The notes beneath the pieces are model-generated. The model made no database searches, was not told the DNA's origin, and saw only the letters and a list, made by a program, of their open reading frames with translations. A stretch of 64,000 bases of DNA, taken from NCBI RefSeq assembly GCF_044647545.1, contig NZ_CP172818.1; one strand, given 5' to 3'. Numbering within the stretch: position 1 is the stretch's first letter; the number at the start of each line of letters is the position of its first letter. The position numbers were made by a program, and so were the translations under genes. Source of the stretch: Escherichia coli. Lineage in GTDB: Bacteria; Pseudomonadota; Gammaproteobacteria; Enterobacterales; Enterobacteriaceae. Below are positions 36,237-51,507 of the stretch, in pieces.

Positions 36237-37046
36237 TCACCCCTGCAATATTTTGTCCATCACGCGCCCCGGCAGCAGGCGCTTAAGCACCATTACTGCC
36301 CAGGTCACCAGCGTTACCGGATAGCGCATCTTCGGCTTCTCGCTAATAAAAGCATGGCGCACTTTGTCGACCACCGCTTCCGGTCCTAACGTAAAGCGGG
36401 CGGCGATGCCGGGATTTTCGACTGGTTTATCACTTTGCGTCTGGTTGACGTTGTCGGTGAAGCGAGTACGAATGGGACCAGGTTCGATCAGGCTGACTTT
36501 AATTCCGCTGTGGCGCAGCTCCATGCGCAGTGCGTCTGACCACGCCTCCAGCGCATATTTACTGGCCGCGTAAGCGCCACGACCCGGTGTGGAGATTAAT
36601 CCCATCACCGATGAGGTCATCACAATACGCCCTTCACCGTGCGGCAACATCGCGGGTAACAGGCGCATGGTGAGCTGGTGTGCGCCGAAAAAGTTGGCGG
36701 AAAACTGCTGTTCCATCTGCGCACGGCTGATGGTGGAAAGGGGGCCATACATGCCGAATCCGGCATTGTTAAAGATCCCATACAGACAATTATCGGTCAG
36801 GGCGATCACTTCGTCGGCTGCGCGATCAACACATTCTGGCGAATCCAGATCGATCAACACGCCGGTAAATCCCATGCTGTTCATGCGCTCAACATCATCC
36901 GCTTTCCGGCAACCTGCCAGCACATGAAAACCCTGGCGTTTTAATTCGAGCGCGCTTTCCAGGCCAATTCCACTGGAACATCCGGTAATTAAGACCGATT
37001 TTTGCATAACTTTACCTGTCAGGATCTCCGTTGCTTTATGAGTCAT
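36237..37046 (-). CDS. ybbO: Short-chain dehydrogenase/reductase YbbO
   Basis: 269-aa ORF with TGCSSGIG Rossmann motif and YAASK catalytic motif. Confidence 0.93.
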   Translation of the reverse strand: MTHKATEILTGKVMQKSVLITGCSSGIGLESALELKRQGFHVLAGCRKADDVERMNSMGFTGVLIDLDSPECVDRAADEVIALTDNCLYGIFNNAGFGMYGPLSTISRAQMEQQFSANFFGAHQLTMRLLPAMLPHGEGRIVMTSSVMGLISTPGRGAYAASKYALEAWSDALRMELRHSGIKVSLIEPGPIRTRFTDNVNQTQSDKPVENPGIAARFTLGPEAVVDKVRHAFISEKPKMRYPVTLVTWAVMVLKRLLPGRVMDKILQG

Positions 37047-37662
37047 GATTTACTAAAGGCTGCAACTGCTTCGCCATCCAGTCGGCAATAAACGGCTGGG
37101 CGTCGCGGTTGGGATGAATACCGTCATCCTGCATCCATTGTGGTTTGAGGTAGACCTCTTCCATAAAAAAGGGCAGCAGCGGAACATCAAACTCTTTGGC
37201 GAGTTTGGGGTAAATGGCGCTAAAGGCTTCATTATAACGGCGACCATAGTTTGCAGGCAGACGTATTTGCATTAACAATGGTTCAGCGTTGGTGGCTTTG
37301 ACCTCCTGCAAAATCTGGCGCAGCGTTTGCTCGGTTTGTTGTGGCTGAAAACCACGCAAACCGTCATTGCCGCCCAGTTCAACCAGCACCCAACGCGGCT
37401 GATGCTGTTTCAGCAGAGCCGGAAGGCGCGCCAGCCCTTGTTGCGAGGTGTCGCCGCTGATGCTGGCATTGACTACCGACGTTTTACTCTGCCACTTATC
37501 ATTCAACAAGGCAGGCCAGGCCGCGCTGGCAGACATTCGATACCCGGCGCTCAGGCTATCACCCAGAATCAATAACGTGTCCGCTGCAGCGGCACGGAAG
37601 GTTAACAGGACCAGGAACAGGAAGGGCAAATGCCAGCGGAAAACATTGTTGAAGTTCATCAT
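37036..37662 (-). CDS. tesA: Periplasmic acyl-CoA thioesterase I / lysophospholipase L1 (SGNH hydrolase) TesA
   Basis: Track ORF 37036..37692 trimmed to ATG at 37662 (MMNFNNVFRWHLPFLFLVLLTFRAAAADTLLILGDSLSAGY, GDSL motif). Confidence 0.94.
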   Translation of the reverse strand: MMNFNNVFRWHLPFLFLVLLTFRAAAADTLLILGDSLSAGYRMSASAAWPALLNDKWQSKTSVVNASISGDTSQQGLARLPALLKQHQPRWVLVELGGNDGLRGFQPQQTEQTLRQILQEVKATNAEPLLMQIRLPANYGRRYNEAFSAIYPKLAKEFDVPLLPFFMEEVYLKPQWMQDDGIHPNRDAQPFIADWMAKQLQPLVNHDS

Positions 37663-38312
37663 CTTAAGAAGTCCGTCGGTCAGGGGGAGCATGAACTCTC
37701 CATCCTCACCGGAGTTGAGCTGGTTGTCAAACGTGGCGAGACCATCGCGCTGGTGGGCGAGTCGGGATCGGGTAAGTCAACCTTGCTGGCGATCCTCGCC
37801 GGGCTGGATGACGGCAGCAGTGGCGAAGTAAATCTGGTGGGACAACCGCTACATAATATGGACGAAGAAGCGCGGGCAAAGTTACGCGCGAAGCACGTAG
37901 GTTTTGTTTTTCAGTCATTTATGTTAATTCCTACCCTTAACGCGCTGGAAAACGTCGAGCTTCCGGCGCTGCTGCGCGGTGAAAGTAGCGTGGAAAGTCG
38001 TAACGGGGCAAAAGCGTTGCTCGAACAGTTAGGACTGGGTAAACGTCTGGATCATCTTCCGGCACAGCTTTCCGGCGGCGAACAGCAACGAGTGGCGCTG
38101 GCGCGAGCTTTTAATGGTCGGCCTGATGTGCTGTTTGCCGACGAACCCACCGGCAATCTTGACCGCCAGACGGGCGATAAAATTGCCGACCTGCTGTTTT
38201 CCCTCAACCGTGAACATGGCACCACGTTGATTATGGTGACCCACGACCTGCAACTGGCGGCACGCTGCGACCGCTGCTTACGGCTGGTGAACGGGCAGTT
38301 GCAGGAGGAAGC

Positions 38313-38316
<4 letters not shown>
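37630..38316 (+). CDS. ybbA: ABC transporter ATP-binding protein YbbA
   Basis: 228-aa ORF with Walker A GESGSGKST and signature LSGGEQQR; 5' end overlaps the divergent tesA 5' end by 33 nt. Confidence 0.94.
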
Positions 38317-42182
<3,866 letters not shown>

Positions 42183-42235
42183 TCAAATCAGCTTGCGCGC
42201 TATTTTACGCGCCAACGCGCAAGGAAACTTGATTT

Positions 42236-43162
42236 TTAACTGCGTGGGTTGCCGAAAATTTCTAAAAATCCGCTGATTTCCGGCCTGCGCTGGGTAAACA
42301 AGGTCACAATATCTTCTATCGCTTTGCCGCTGCCAAATTTGCGCCATGCCAGACTCAATGGTGAAGGAGGGCGCATCGTTGGGATTACCCGGCTGACCAG
42401 TTGTTGATTATCGATCATTGACTGGCAAAGTGATTTTGGCAAAAAACCAATGCCAACGCCCGCCAGATGGGCGGCGATTTTCGTTTCCATATCGGGAACA
42501 ATAATCTCTTTTTGCCCCGGCAATCGCCAGGCGACGCGTTTGGTTAGTGTGCGGGCGCTGTCTTCAATATTAACCGCCGGAAAGCGCCGCAACTGTGCTT
42601 CTGTTAGCGGCTCTTCAACGTTCGCCAGCGGATGATCCGCCGCCATGACAAAGCGCCATTGCACCGATCCTAAGGGATCAAGACTAAAGGTATTTGCCAG
42701 CGCCTCGGTTCCCGTGACGCCGATAGCCAGTGAAAAACCTTCGTATAATAGCGAATCCCAGACGCCCATATAGATTTGTCGGGAGATGTGAAACTGGGTA
42801 AAGGGGTAACGCTCATTCAGCCACGCCAGCAACTGGGCGACGGCCTGGGGGTTATAGAGCAGGTTGTTGATGACAATATTCACCTGGCGTTCCACGCCAT
42901 CATTCACCTGTTGCAGCTCGCTTGGCATACTTTCCAGCCAGCTCAGCCAGTCTCTGGCCTGGGAAAGTAGATGCTCGCCAGCCGCTGTCAACGTCACGCT
43001 GCGAGTCGTGCGGAAAAACAGCGCCACTCCGGTGTTCTCTTCCAGAAGTTTAATGCGATAACTGATCGTCGCCGTGGTTTTACATAATCGTTCTGCCGCT
43101 TTTGAAAAACTTCCTGTTTCAGCAACCGCAATGAAAGTCCGTAAGGTTTCTGGATCGAACAT
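42236..43162 (-). CDS. allS: LysR-family activator of allantoin utilisation, AllS
   Basis: 308-aa [45 protein letters not shown] (LysR HTH). Confidence 0.94.
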   Translation of the reverse strand: MFDPETLRTFIAVAETGSFSKAAERLCKTTATISYRIKLLEENTGVALFFRTTRSVTLTAAGEHLLSQARDWLSWLESMPSELQQVNDGVERQVNIVINNLLYNPQAVAQLLAWLNERYPFTQFHISRQIYMGVWDSLLYEGFSLAIGVTGTEALANTFSLDPLGSVQWRFVMAADHPLANVEEPLTEAQLRRFPAVNIEDSARTLTKRVAWRLPGQKEIIVPDMETKIAAHLAGVGIGFLPKSLCQSMIDNQQLVSRVIPTMRPPSPLSLAWRKFGSGKAIEDIVTLFTQRRPEISGFLEIFGNPRS

Positions 43163-43269
43163 CTTCAGGTATCCCCTTTTAAATCCGCAAGTTGCGTGAT
43201 TTTCTTATCCTCTGATTTATCAGTATTTTTACATGATAACCCTGTTCAATTTGTGGACTAAATCTAGTT

Positions 43270-43286
43270 TTGGAAAAATATTCCAA
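43270..43286. promoter_or_regulatory. AllR operator palindrome in the allS/allA divergent promoter region
   Basis: TTGGAAAAATATTCCAA (TTGGAA-N5-TTCCAA) read directly. Confidence 0.75.
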
Positions 43287-43391
43287 CTTTTGTATTGATG
43301 TTGTTCTCTTAAGGTTTTAGATTGCCTGTTATTGAAACCAAGCTGACCGGTCGGCGGTGGTTGAACGGAATTATGTTACAAGGACAAAAAG

Positions 43392-43874
43392 ATGAAACTT
43401 CAGGTATTACCGTTAAGTCAGGAAGCCTTTAGTGCTTATGGCGACGTAATCGAAACGCAGCAACGGGATTTTTTCCATATTAACAATGGCCTGGTGGAGC
43501 GTTACCACGATTTGGCGCTGGTTGAGATTCTTGAGCAAGACCGTACGCTTATCAGCATTAACCGAGCGCAACCGGCGAATCTGCCGCTGACCATTCACGA
43601 ACTCGAACGTCATCCGCTGGGTACTCAGGCCTTTATCCCGATGAAAGGTGAAGTGTTTGTGGTAGTCGTGGCGTTAGGTGACGACAAACCAGACCTGTCA
43701 ACGCTGCGGGCGTTTATTACCAACGGTGAACAGGGGGTGAATTACCATCGTAACGTCTGGCATCACCCACTTTTCGCCTGGCAGCGCGTCACCGATTTTC
43801 TGACCATCGATCGCGGCGGCAGTGACAACTGTGATGTTGAAAGTATTCCTGAACAGGAACTCTGTTTTGCGTGA
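43392..43874 (+). CDS. allA: Ureidoglycolate lyase AllA
   Basis: 160-aa [44 protein letters not shown]. Confidence 0.95.
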
Positions 43875-43951
43875 CGCCTGCAACCGACTTGCATAAGATA
43901 AACGAATTGTTCATTGTTTATGCTCACTTGTAGGTCGGAGTTAACGTAGGT

Positions 43952-44767
43952 ATGACGGAAGTTAGACGGCGCGGCAGGCCAGGACAGGCGGAGCCTGTGG
44001 CACAGAAGGGCGCACAGGCGTTAGAGCGGGGAATTGCGATTCTGCAATATCTGGAAAAAAGTGGGGGAAGTTCGTCGGTTAGCGATATTTCTCTCAATCT
44101 GGATTTGCCGCTCTCCACGACCTTTCGCTTGCTGAAGGTTTTACAGGCAGCGGATTTTGTCTATCAGGACAGTCAGTTAGGCTGGTGGCATATAGGATTA
44201 GGTGTCTTTAACGTCGGTGCAGCGTACATCCATAACCGCGATGTCCTCTCCGTCGCCGGGCCGTTTATGCGCCGCCTGATGTTACTTTCCGGCGAAACGG
44301 TCAATGTCGCGATCCGTAACGGCAATGAAGCAGTATTAATTGGTCAGTTAGAGTGTAAATCGATGGTCAGGATGTGTGCGCCACTGGGCAGTCGTCTGCC
44401 GCTGCATGCTTCCGGTGCGGGCAAGGCGTTGCTTTATCCGCTGGCGGAAGAGGAGTTGATGAGCATCATTCTGCAAACCGGTTTGCAGCAGTTTACGCCA
44501 ACGACGCTTGTGGATATGCCCACCTTGCTGAAGGACCTGGAACAAGCGCGTGAACTGGGCTATACCGTAGATAAAGAAGAGCATGTTGTAGGTCTGAATT
44601 GCATAGCTTCAGCAATTTACGATGATGTCGGTAGCGTTGTTGCCGCTATCTCCATCTCCGGGCCTTCATCAAGACTGACAGAAGATCGTTTTGTCAGTCA
44701 GGGTGAGCTGGTCAGAGACACCGCCCGCGATATCAGCACGGCGTTGGGACTGAAAGCACATCCATAG
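43952..44767 (+). CDS. allR: IclR-family repressor of the allantoin regulon, AllR
   Basis: 271-aa [37 protein letters not shown]. Confidence 0.95.
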
Positions 44768-44779
44768 TGTCTGTCGCAT

Positions 44780-44804
44780 CCCGCTCTGCGGAGCGGGTTT
44801 TTTT
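44780..44804 (+). terminator. Rho-independent terminator of allR
   Basis: CCCGCTC-TGCG-GAGCGGG followed by TTTTTTT, 13 nt after the allR stop. Confidence 0.8.
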
Positions 44805-44819
44805 GACAAAATTTGAAAG

Positions 44820-44836
44820 TTGGAAAATTTTTCCAA
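44820..44836. promoter_or_regulatory. AllR operator palindrome in the gcl promoter
   Basis: TTGGAAAA-T-TTTTCCAA perfect dyad about 20 bp upstream of the gcl ATG. Confidence 0.8.
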
Positions 44837-44856
44837 TTAATAGAGGTAGGAATAAA

Positions 44857-46638
44857 ATGGCAAAAATGAGAGCCGTTGACGCGGCAATGTATGTGCTGGA
44901 GAAAGAAGGTATCACCACCGCCTTCGGCGTTCCGGGAGCTGCAATCAATCCGTTCTACTCAGCGATGCGTAAGCACGGCGGTATTCGTCACATTCTGGCG
45001 CGTCATGTGGAAGGTGCTTCGCACATGGCGGAAGGTTATACCCGCGCAACGGCAGGGAATATCGGCGTATGTCTGGGGACTTCCGGTCCTGCGGGCACGG
45101 ACATGATCACCGCGCTCTATTCCGCTTCTGCTGATTCCATTCCTATTCTGTGCATTACCGGCCAGGCTCCGCGCGCCCGTCTGCATAAAGAAGATTTCCA
45201 GGCCGTTGATATTGAAGCAATTGCTAAACCGGTCAGCAAAATGGCGGTTACAGTTCGTGAAGCGGCGCTGGTGCCTCGTGTGCTGCAACAGGCATTTCAC
45301 CTGATGCGTTCTGGTCGTCCGGGTCCGGTACTGGTGGATTTACCGTTCGACGTTCAGGTTGCGGAAATCGAGTTTGATCCTGACATGTACGAACCGCTGC
45401 CGGTCTACAAACCTGCTGCCAGCCGTATGCAGATCGAAAAAGCTGTAGAAATGTTAATCCAGGCCGAACGTCCGGTGATTGTTGCCGGGGGCGGGGTAAT
45501 TAATGCTGACGCAGCTGCACTGTTACAACAGTTTGCTGAACTGACCAGCGTTCCGGTGATCCCAACGCTGATGGGCTGGGGCTGTATCCCGGACGATCAT
45601 GAACTGATGGCCGGGATGGTGGGTCTGCAAACCGCGCATCGTTACGGTAATGCAACGCTGCTGGCGTCCGACATGGTGTTTGGTATCGGTAACCGTTTTG
45701 CTAACCGTCATACCGGTTCGGTAGAGAAATACACCGAAGGGCGCAAAATCGTTCATATCGATATTGAGCCGACGCAAATTGGCCGCGTGCTGTGTCCGGA
45801 TCTCGGCATTGTCTCTGATGCTAAAGCGGCGCTGACGCTGCTGGTTGAAGTGGCGCAGGAGATGCAAAAAGCGGGTCGTCTGCCGTGTCGTAAAGAATGG
45901 GTCGCCGACTGCCAGCAGCGCAAACGCACTTTGCTGCGCAAAACCCATTTCGACAATGTGCCGGTGAAACCGCAGCGCGTGTATGAAGAGATGAACAAAG
46001 CCTTTGGTCGCGATGTTTGTTATGTCACCACCATTGGTCTGTCACAAATCGCTGCGGCACAAATGCTGCATGTCTTTAAAGACCGCCACTGGATCAACTG
46101 TGGGCAGGCAGGCCCGTTGGGCTGGACCATTCCGGCGGCGCTGGGCGTGTGTGCCGCTGATCCAGAGCGCAATGTGGTGGCGATTTCCGGTGACTTCGAC
46201 TTCCAGTTCCTGATTGAAGAATTAGCCGTTGGCGCACAGTTCAACATTCCGTACATCCATGTACTGGTCAATAACGCCTATCTCGGTCTGATTCGCCAGT
46301 CGCAGCGCGCGTTTGATATGGATTACTGCGTACAGCTCGCGTTCGAAAATATTAACTCCAGCGAAGTGAACGGTTACGGCGTCGACCACGTAAAAGTAGC
46401 GGAAGGTTTAGGTTGTAAAGCGATTCGCGTTTTCAAACCGGAAGATATTGCACCGGCCTTTGAACAGGCGAAAGCCTTAATGGCGCAATATCGGGTACCG
46501 GTAGTCGTGGAAGTTATTCTCGAGCGTGTGACCAATATTTCGATGGGCAGCGAACTGGATAACGTCATGGAATTTGAAGATATCGCCTATAACGCAGTGG
46601 ACGCACCGACTGAAACCTGCTTCATGCACTATGAATAA
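44857..46638 (+). CDS. gcl: Glyoxylate carboligase (tartronate-semialdehyde synthase)
   Basis: Track ORF 44767..46638 trimmed to ATG at 44857 ([34 protein letters not shown], ThDP enzyme) preceded by AGAGGTAGGAATAAA. Confidence 0.95.
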   Translation: MAKMRAVDAAMYVLEKEGITTAFGVPGAAINPFYSAMRKHGGIRHILARHVEGASHMAEGYTRATAGNIGVCLGTSGPAGTDMITALYSASADSIPILCITGQAPRARLHKEDFQAVDIEAIAKPVSKMAVTVREAALVPRVLQQAFHLMRSGRPGPVLVDLPFDVQVAEIEFDPDMYEPLPVYKPAASRMQIEKAVEMLIQAERPVIVAGGGVINADAAALLQQFAELTSVPVIPTLMGWGCIPDDHELMAGMVGLQTAHRYGNATLLASDMVFGIGNRFANRHTGSVEKYTEGRKIVHIDIEPTQIGRVLCPDLGIVSDAKAALTLLVEVAQEMQKAGRLPCRKEWVADCQQRKRTLLRKTHFDNVPVKPQRVYEEMNKAFGRDVCYVTTIGLSQIAAAQMLHVFKDRHWINCGQAGPLGWTIPAALGVCAADPERNVVAISGDFDFQFLIEELAVGAQFNIPYIHVLVNNAYLGLIRQSQRAFDMDYCVQLAFENINSSEVNGYGVDHVKVAEGLGCKAIRVFKPEDIAPAFEQAKALMAQYRVPVVVEVILERVTNISMGSELDNVMEFEDIAYNAVDAPTETCFMHYE

Positions 46639-46650
46639 GGGAGATAAATA

Positions 46651-47427
46651 ATGTTACGTTTCTCTGCTAATTTATCGATGTTATTTGGTGAATATGATTT
46701 TCTCGCCCGTTTTGAGAAAGCTGCGCAGTGTGGTTTTCGCGGCGTTGAATTTATGTTCCCTTATGACTACGACATTGAAGAATTAAAACAGGTGCTGGCG
46801 AGTAATAAACTCGAACATACGCTGCACAATTTACCGGCAGGTGACTGGGCGGCGGGCGAGCGGGGTATTGCTTGTATTCCTGGCCGTGAAGAAGAGTTTC
46901 GGGATGGCGTAGCAGCAGCGATTCGTTATGCTCGTGCGCTGGGTAATAAAAAAATTAACTGTCTGGTCGGTAAAACGCCGACTGGTTTCAGCAGTGAACA
47001 GATTCACGCAACGCTTGTAGAAAACCTGCGTTATGCCGCGAATATGCTGATGAAAGAAGATATCTTATTACTGATTGAACCTATCAACCATTTTGATATT
47101 CCTGGTTTCCATCTCACCGGAACCCGGCAGGCACTGAAACTGATTGATGATGTTGGTTGCTGCAATTTGAAAATTCAGTATGACATTTATCATATGCAGC
47201 GGATGGAAGGTGAATTAACCAACACTATGACTCAATGGGCCGATAAAATTGGTCACCTGCAAATTGCCGATAATCCGCATCGCGGCGAACCGGGAACCGG
47301 AGAAATTAATTACGAGTATCTCTTTACGGTAATTGAAAATTCTGACTACAACGGTTGGGTTGGGTGTGAATATAAACCCCAAACCACCACGGAAGCCGGT
47401 TTACGCTGGATGGATCCGTATCGTTAA
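46651..47427 (+). CDS. hyi: Hydroxypyruvate isomerase
   Basis: 258-aa ORF MLRFSANLSMLFGEYDFLARFEKAAQCGFRGVEF. Confidence 0.95.
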   Translation: MLRFSANLSMLFGEYDFLARFEKAAQCGFRGVEFMFPYDYDIEELKQVLASNKLEHTLHNLPAGDWAAGERGIACIPGREEEFRDGVAAAIRYARALGNKKINCLVGKTPTGFSSEQIHATLVENLRYAANMLMKEDILLLIEPINHFDIPGFHLTGTRQALKLIDDVGCCNLKIQYDIYHMQRMEGELTNTMTQWADKIGHLQIADNPHRGEPGTGEINYEYLFTVIENSDYNGWVGCEYKPQTTTEAGLRWMDPYR

Positions 47428-47526
47428 AACGTAACGCTATTCAGACAATGCTTTTTTAGGTCGCTAAGTCGGCAGGGGATCGTGTTGTCTGAATTCAGGA
47501 AAAGCGAAATTTAAAAGAGGTTAATT

Positions 47527-48405
47527 ATGAAACTGGGATTTATTGGCTTAGGCATTATGGGTACACCGATGGCCATTAATCTGGCGCGTGCCGGTCATCA
47601 ACTGCATGTCACAACCATTGGTCCGGTTGCTGATGAATTACTGTCACTGGGTGCCGTCAGCGTTGAAACTGCGCGCCAGGTAACGGAAGCATCGGACATC
47701 ATTTTTATTATGGTGCCGGATACGCCACAGGTTGAAGAAGTTCTGTTTGGTGAAAATGGTTGTACCAAAGCCTCGTTGAAGGGCAAAACCATTGTTGATA
47801 TGAGCTCCATTTCCCCGATCGAAACTAAACGTTTCGCTCGTCAGGTGAATGAACTGGGCGGTGATTATCTCGATGCGCCCGTCTCCGGCGGTGAAATCGG
47901 CGCGCGTGAAGGGACGTTGTCGATTATGGTTGGCGGTGACGAAGCGGTATTTGAACGTGTTAAACCGCTGTTTGAACTGCTCGGTAAAAATATCACCCTC
48001 GTGGGCGGTAACGGCGACGGTCAAACCTGCAAAGTAGCAAATCAGATTATCGTAGCGCTCAATATTGAAGCGGTTTCTGAAGCCCTGCTATTTGCTTCAA
48101 AAGCCGGAGCGGATCTGGTACGTGTGCGCCAGGCGCTGATGGGCGGCTTTGCTTCCTCACGTATTCTGGAAGTTCACGGTGAGCGCATGATTAAACGCAC
48201 CTTTAATCCAGGTTTTAAAATTGCGCTGCACCAGAAAGATCTCAACCTGGCACTGCAAAGTGCGAAAGCACTGGCGCTGAACCTGCCAAACACCGCGACC
48301 TGCCAGGAATTGTTTAATACCTGTGCGGCAAACGGTGGCAGCCAGTTGGATCACTCTGCGTTAGTGCAGGCGCTGGAATTAATGGCTAACCATAAACTGG
48401 CCTGA
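47527..48405 (+). CDS. glxR: Tartronate semialdehyde reductase 2
   Basis: 292-aa ORF MKLGFIGLGIMGTPMAINLARAGHQLHV (NAD-binding GxGxxG). Confidence 0.95.
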   Translation: MKLGFIGLGIMGTPMAINLARAGHQLHVTTIGPVADELLSLGAVSVETARQVTEASDIIFIMVPDTPQVEEVLFGENGCTKASLKGKTIVDMSSISPIETKRFARQVNELGGDYLDAPVSGGEIGAREGTLSIMVGGDEAVFERVKPLFELLGKNITLVGGNGDGQTCKVANQIIVALNIEAVSEALLFASKAGADLVRVRQALMGGFASSRILEVHGERMIKRTFNPGFKIALHQKDLNLALQSAKALALNLPNTATCQELFNTCAANGGSQLDHSALVQALELMANHKLA

Positions 48406-48574
48406 TACCCGCAATAAAAATGGCCGATATCAGAAAATGAATCGGCCAGCAATATTAAAAAAAGAAAGCAGCCAAAGATGTTGCTTCAGTATTAAAAATA
48501 ATATTTTTATTTTATTTGTTCCTCATAGCTAGATTAAAAAGACGTTATTCGATACGTGAAATTAAGAGGGATTT

Positions 48575-50029
48575 ATGGAACATCAGAGAAAACTATTCCA
48601 GCAACGCGGCTATAGCGAAGATCTATTGCCGAAAACGCAAAGCCAGCGGACCTGGAAAACATTTAACTATTTTACCTTATGGATGGGTTCGGTTCATAAC
48701 GTTCCCAATTATGTGATGGTCGGTGGCTTTTTTATTCTCGGCTTGTCTACCTTTAGTATTATGCTGGCAATTATCCTCAGCGCCTTTTTCATTGCCGCGG
48801 TAATGGTATTAAACGGTGCTGCGGGCAGTAAATACGGCGTACCGTTTGCCATGATCCTGCGTGCTTCTTATGGCGTACGTGGCGCACTGTTTCCCGGATT
48901 ATTAAGAGGCGGGATTGCTGCCATTATGTGGTTTGGCCTGCAATGTTACGCCGGATCGCTGGCCTGCTTGATCCTGATTGGCAAAATCTGGCCGGGATTT
49001 TTAACTCTCGGTGGTGATTTCACTCTGTTAGGCCTTTCTCTACCGGGCTTAATTACTTTCTTACTCTTCTGGCTGGTCAACGTTGGTATAGGTTTTGGCG
49101 GTGGCAAAGTTTTAAATAAATTCACTGCCATTCTTAACCCGTGCATCTATATCGTTTTCGGCGGTATGGCGATTTGGGCGATTTCGCTGGTCGGGCTCGG
49201 TCCAATCTTTGACTACATTCCGAGCGGTATTCAGAAAGCAGAAAACAGTGGATTCTTGTTCCTGGTGGTGATTAACGCGGTAGTTGCGGTCTGGGCGGCA
49301 CCGGCGGTGAGCGCATCCGACTTTACGCAAAACGCCCACTCGTTTCGTGAGCAAGCGCTGGGGCAAACGCTGGGTTTAGTTGTGGCCTATATTCTGTTTG
49401 CGGTCGCCGGGGTATGTATTATTGCCGGAGCCAGTATTCACTACGGCGCTGACACCTGGAACGTGCTGGATATTGTTCAGCGTTGGGACAGCCTGTTTGC
49501 CTCGTTCTTTGCGGTACTGGTTATTCTGATGACGACCATTTCCACTAACGCCACCGGTAATATTATTCCGGCCGGTTATCAGATTGCCGCTATTGCACCG
49601 ACGAAACTGACCTATAAAAACGGCGTACTGATTGCCAGTATTATCAGCCTGGTGATCTGCCCGTGGAAATTAATGGAAAATCAGGACAGTATTTATCTGT
49701 TCCTCGATATTATCGGCGGAATGCTGGGTCCGGTAATTGGTGTCATGATGGCGCATTATTTTATGGTGATGCGCGGACAAATTAATCTTGATGAACTGTA
49801 TACCGCAGCAGGTGATTTCAAATATTACGATAACGGCTTTAACCTTACCGCGTTCTCAGTAACTTTGGTCGCCGTTATTTTATCTCTCGGTGGTAAATTT
49901 ATTCCGTTCATGGAGCCTTTATCACGCGTTTCATGGTTTGTCGGCGTTATTGTCGCATTCGCTGCCTACGCGTTATTAAAAAAACGTACAGCAGCAGAAA
50001 AAACAGGAGAACAAAAAGTCACAGGTTAA
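48575..50029 (+). CDS. ybbW: NCS1-family allantoin permease YbbW
   Basis: 484-aa polytopic ORF MEHQRKLFQQRGYSEDLLPKTQSQRTWKTFNYFTLWMGSVHN. Confidence 0.94.
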   Translation: MEHQRKLFQQRGYSEDLLPKTQSQRTWKTFNYFTLWMGSVHNVPNYVMVGGFFILGLSTFSIMLAIILSAFFIAAVMVLNGAAGSKYGVPFAMILRASYGVRGALFPGLLRGGIAAIMWFGLQCYAGSLACLILIGKIWPGFLTLGGDFTLLGLSLPGLITFLLFWLVNVGIGFGGGKVLNKFTAILNPCIYIVFGGMAIWAISLVGLGPIFDYIPSGIQKAENSGFLFLVVINAVVAVWAAPAVSASDFTQNAHSFREQALGQTLGLVVAYILFAVAGVCIIAGASIHYGADTWNVLDIVQRWDSLFASFFAVLVILMTTISTNATGNIIPAGYQIAAIAPTKLTYKNGVLIASIISLVICPWKLMENQDSIYLFLDIIGGMLGPVIGVMMAHYFMVMRGQINLDELYTAAGDFKYYDNGFNLTAFSVTLVAVILSLGGKFIPFMEPLSRVSWFVGVIVAFAAYALLKKRTAAEKTGEQKVTG

Positions 50030-50089
50030 TTAATCCCGATATTGAACATTGAGTTAAAAAACCAATCTGTATTTTACAAGGAGTTTGTT

Positions 50090-51451
50090 ATGTCTTTTGA
50101 TTTAATCATTAAAAACGGCACCGTTATTTTAGAAAACGAAGCTCGCGTTGTAGATATCGCCGTTAAAGGCGGAAAAATTGCTGCTATCGGTCAGGATCTG
50201 GGCGATGCAAAAGAAGTGATGGATGCGTCTGGTCTGGTGGTTTCTCCAGGCATGGTTGATGCGCACACCCATATTTCTGAGCCGGGTCGTAGCCACTGGG
50301 AAGGTTATGAAACTGGTACTCGCGCAGCGGCAAAAGGTGGTATCACCACCATGATCGAAATGCCGCTCAACCAGCTGCCAGCAACGGTTGACCGCGCTTC
50401 AATTGAACTGAAGTTCGATGCCGCTAAAGGCAAGCTGACTATCGATGCGGCACAACTCGGTGGCCTGGTGTCTTACAACATCGACCGTCTGCATGAGCTG
50501 GATGAAGTGGGCGTTGTCGGCTTCAAATGCTTCGTTGCGACCTGTGGCGATCGCGGTATCGACAACGACTTCCGTGATGTAAACGACTGGCAGTTCTTCA
50601 AAGGTGCGCAGAAGCTGGGCGAACTGGGGCAGCCGGTGCTGGTGCACTGCGAAAACGCGCTGATCTGTGACGAACTGGGCGAAGAAGCGAAGCGTGAAGG
50701 TCGCGTAACTGCTCATGACTATGTGGCTTCGCGTCCGGTATTTACCGAAGTGGAAGCGATTCGCCGCGTGCTGTATCTGGCGAAAGTTGCCGGTTGCCGT
50801 CTGCACGTTTGCCATATCAGCAGCCCGGAAGGCGTTGAAGAAGTGACTCGTGCACGTCAGGAAGGTCAGGACGTTACTTGTGAATCCTGCCCGCATTACT
50901 TTGTACTTGATACCGATCAGTTCGAAGAAATCGGTACTCTGGCGAAGTGTTCACCGCCGATCCGCGATCTGGAAAACCAGAAAGGCATGTGGGAAAAACT
51001 GTTTAACGGTGAAATCGACTGCCTGGTTTCCGACCACTCTCCATGTCCGCCGGAAATGAAAGCCGGCAATATCATGAAAGCATGGGGTGGTATCGCCGGT
51101 CTGCAAAGCTGCATGGACGTGATGTTCGATGAAGCGGTACAGAAACGCGGTATGTCTCTGCCGATGTTCGGCAAATTAATGGCGACTAACGCAGCAGATA
51201 TTTTCGGTCTGCAGCAAAAAGGCCGTATCGCCCCAGGAAAAGATGCCGACTTCGTCTTCATTCAGCCGAATAGCAGCTATGTTCTTACCAATGACGATCT
51301 GGAATATCGCCACAAAGTCAGCCCGTATGTTGGCCGTACCATTGGCGCGCGTATCACGAAAACCATCTTACGTGGTGATGTGATTTACGACATCGAACAG
51401 GGCTTCCCTGTTGCGCCGAAAGGTCAATTTATCCTTAAACATCAGCAGTAA
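50090..51451 (+). CDS. allB: Allantoinase
   Basis: Track ORF 50042..51451 trimmed to ATG at 50090 ([34 protein letters not shown]) preceded by CAAGGAG; amidohydrolase motif DAHTH. Confidence 0.95.
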   Translation: MSFDLIIKNGTVILENEARVVDIAVKGGKIAAIGQDLGDAKEVMDASGLVVSPGMVDAHTHISEPGRSHWEGYETGTRAAAKGGITTMIEMPLNQLPATVDRASIELKFDAAKGKLTIDAAQLGGLVSYNIDRLHELDEVGVVGFKCFVATCGDRGIDNDFRDVNDWQFFKGAQKLGELGQPVLVHCENALICDELGEEAKREGRVTAHDYVASRPVFTEVEAIRRVLYLAKVAGCRLHVCHISSPEGVEEVTRARQEGQDVTCESCPHYFVLDTDQFEEIGTLAKCSPPIRDLENQKGMWEKLFNGEIDCLVSDHSPCPPEMKAGNIMKAWGGIAGLQSCMDVMFDEAVQKRGMSLPMFGKLMATNAADIFGLQQKGRIAPGKDADFVFIQPNSSYVLTNDDLEYRHKVSPYVGRTIGARITKTILRGDVIYDIEQGFPVAPKGQFILKHQQ

Positions 51452-51507
51452 TCTGGCCCCTGCAATGCCCGTCCTTGCGGCGGGCATTCTCCGGTTAAGG
51501 TGTTTTT

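Noticed and set aside
48516-48716. 66-aa ORF overlapping the start of ybbW (near where K-12 annotates a small ybbV gene)
   Set aside because: No ribosome-binding site, overlaps the ybbW start out of frame, Arg/Lys-rich translation; cannot be supported from sequence alone.
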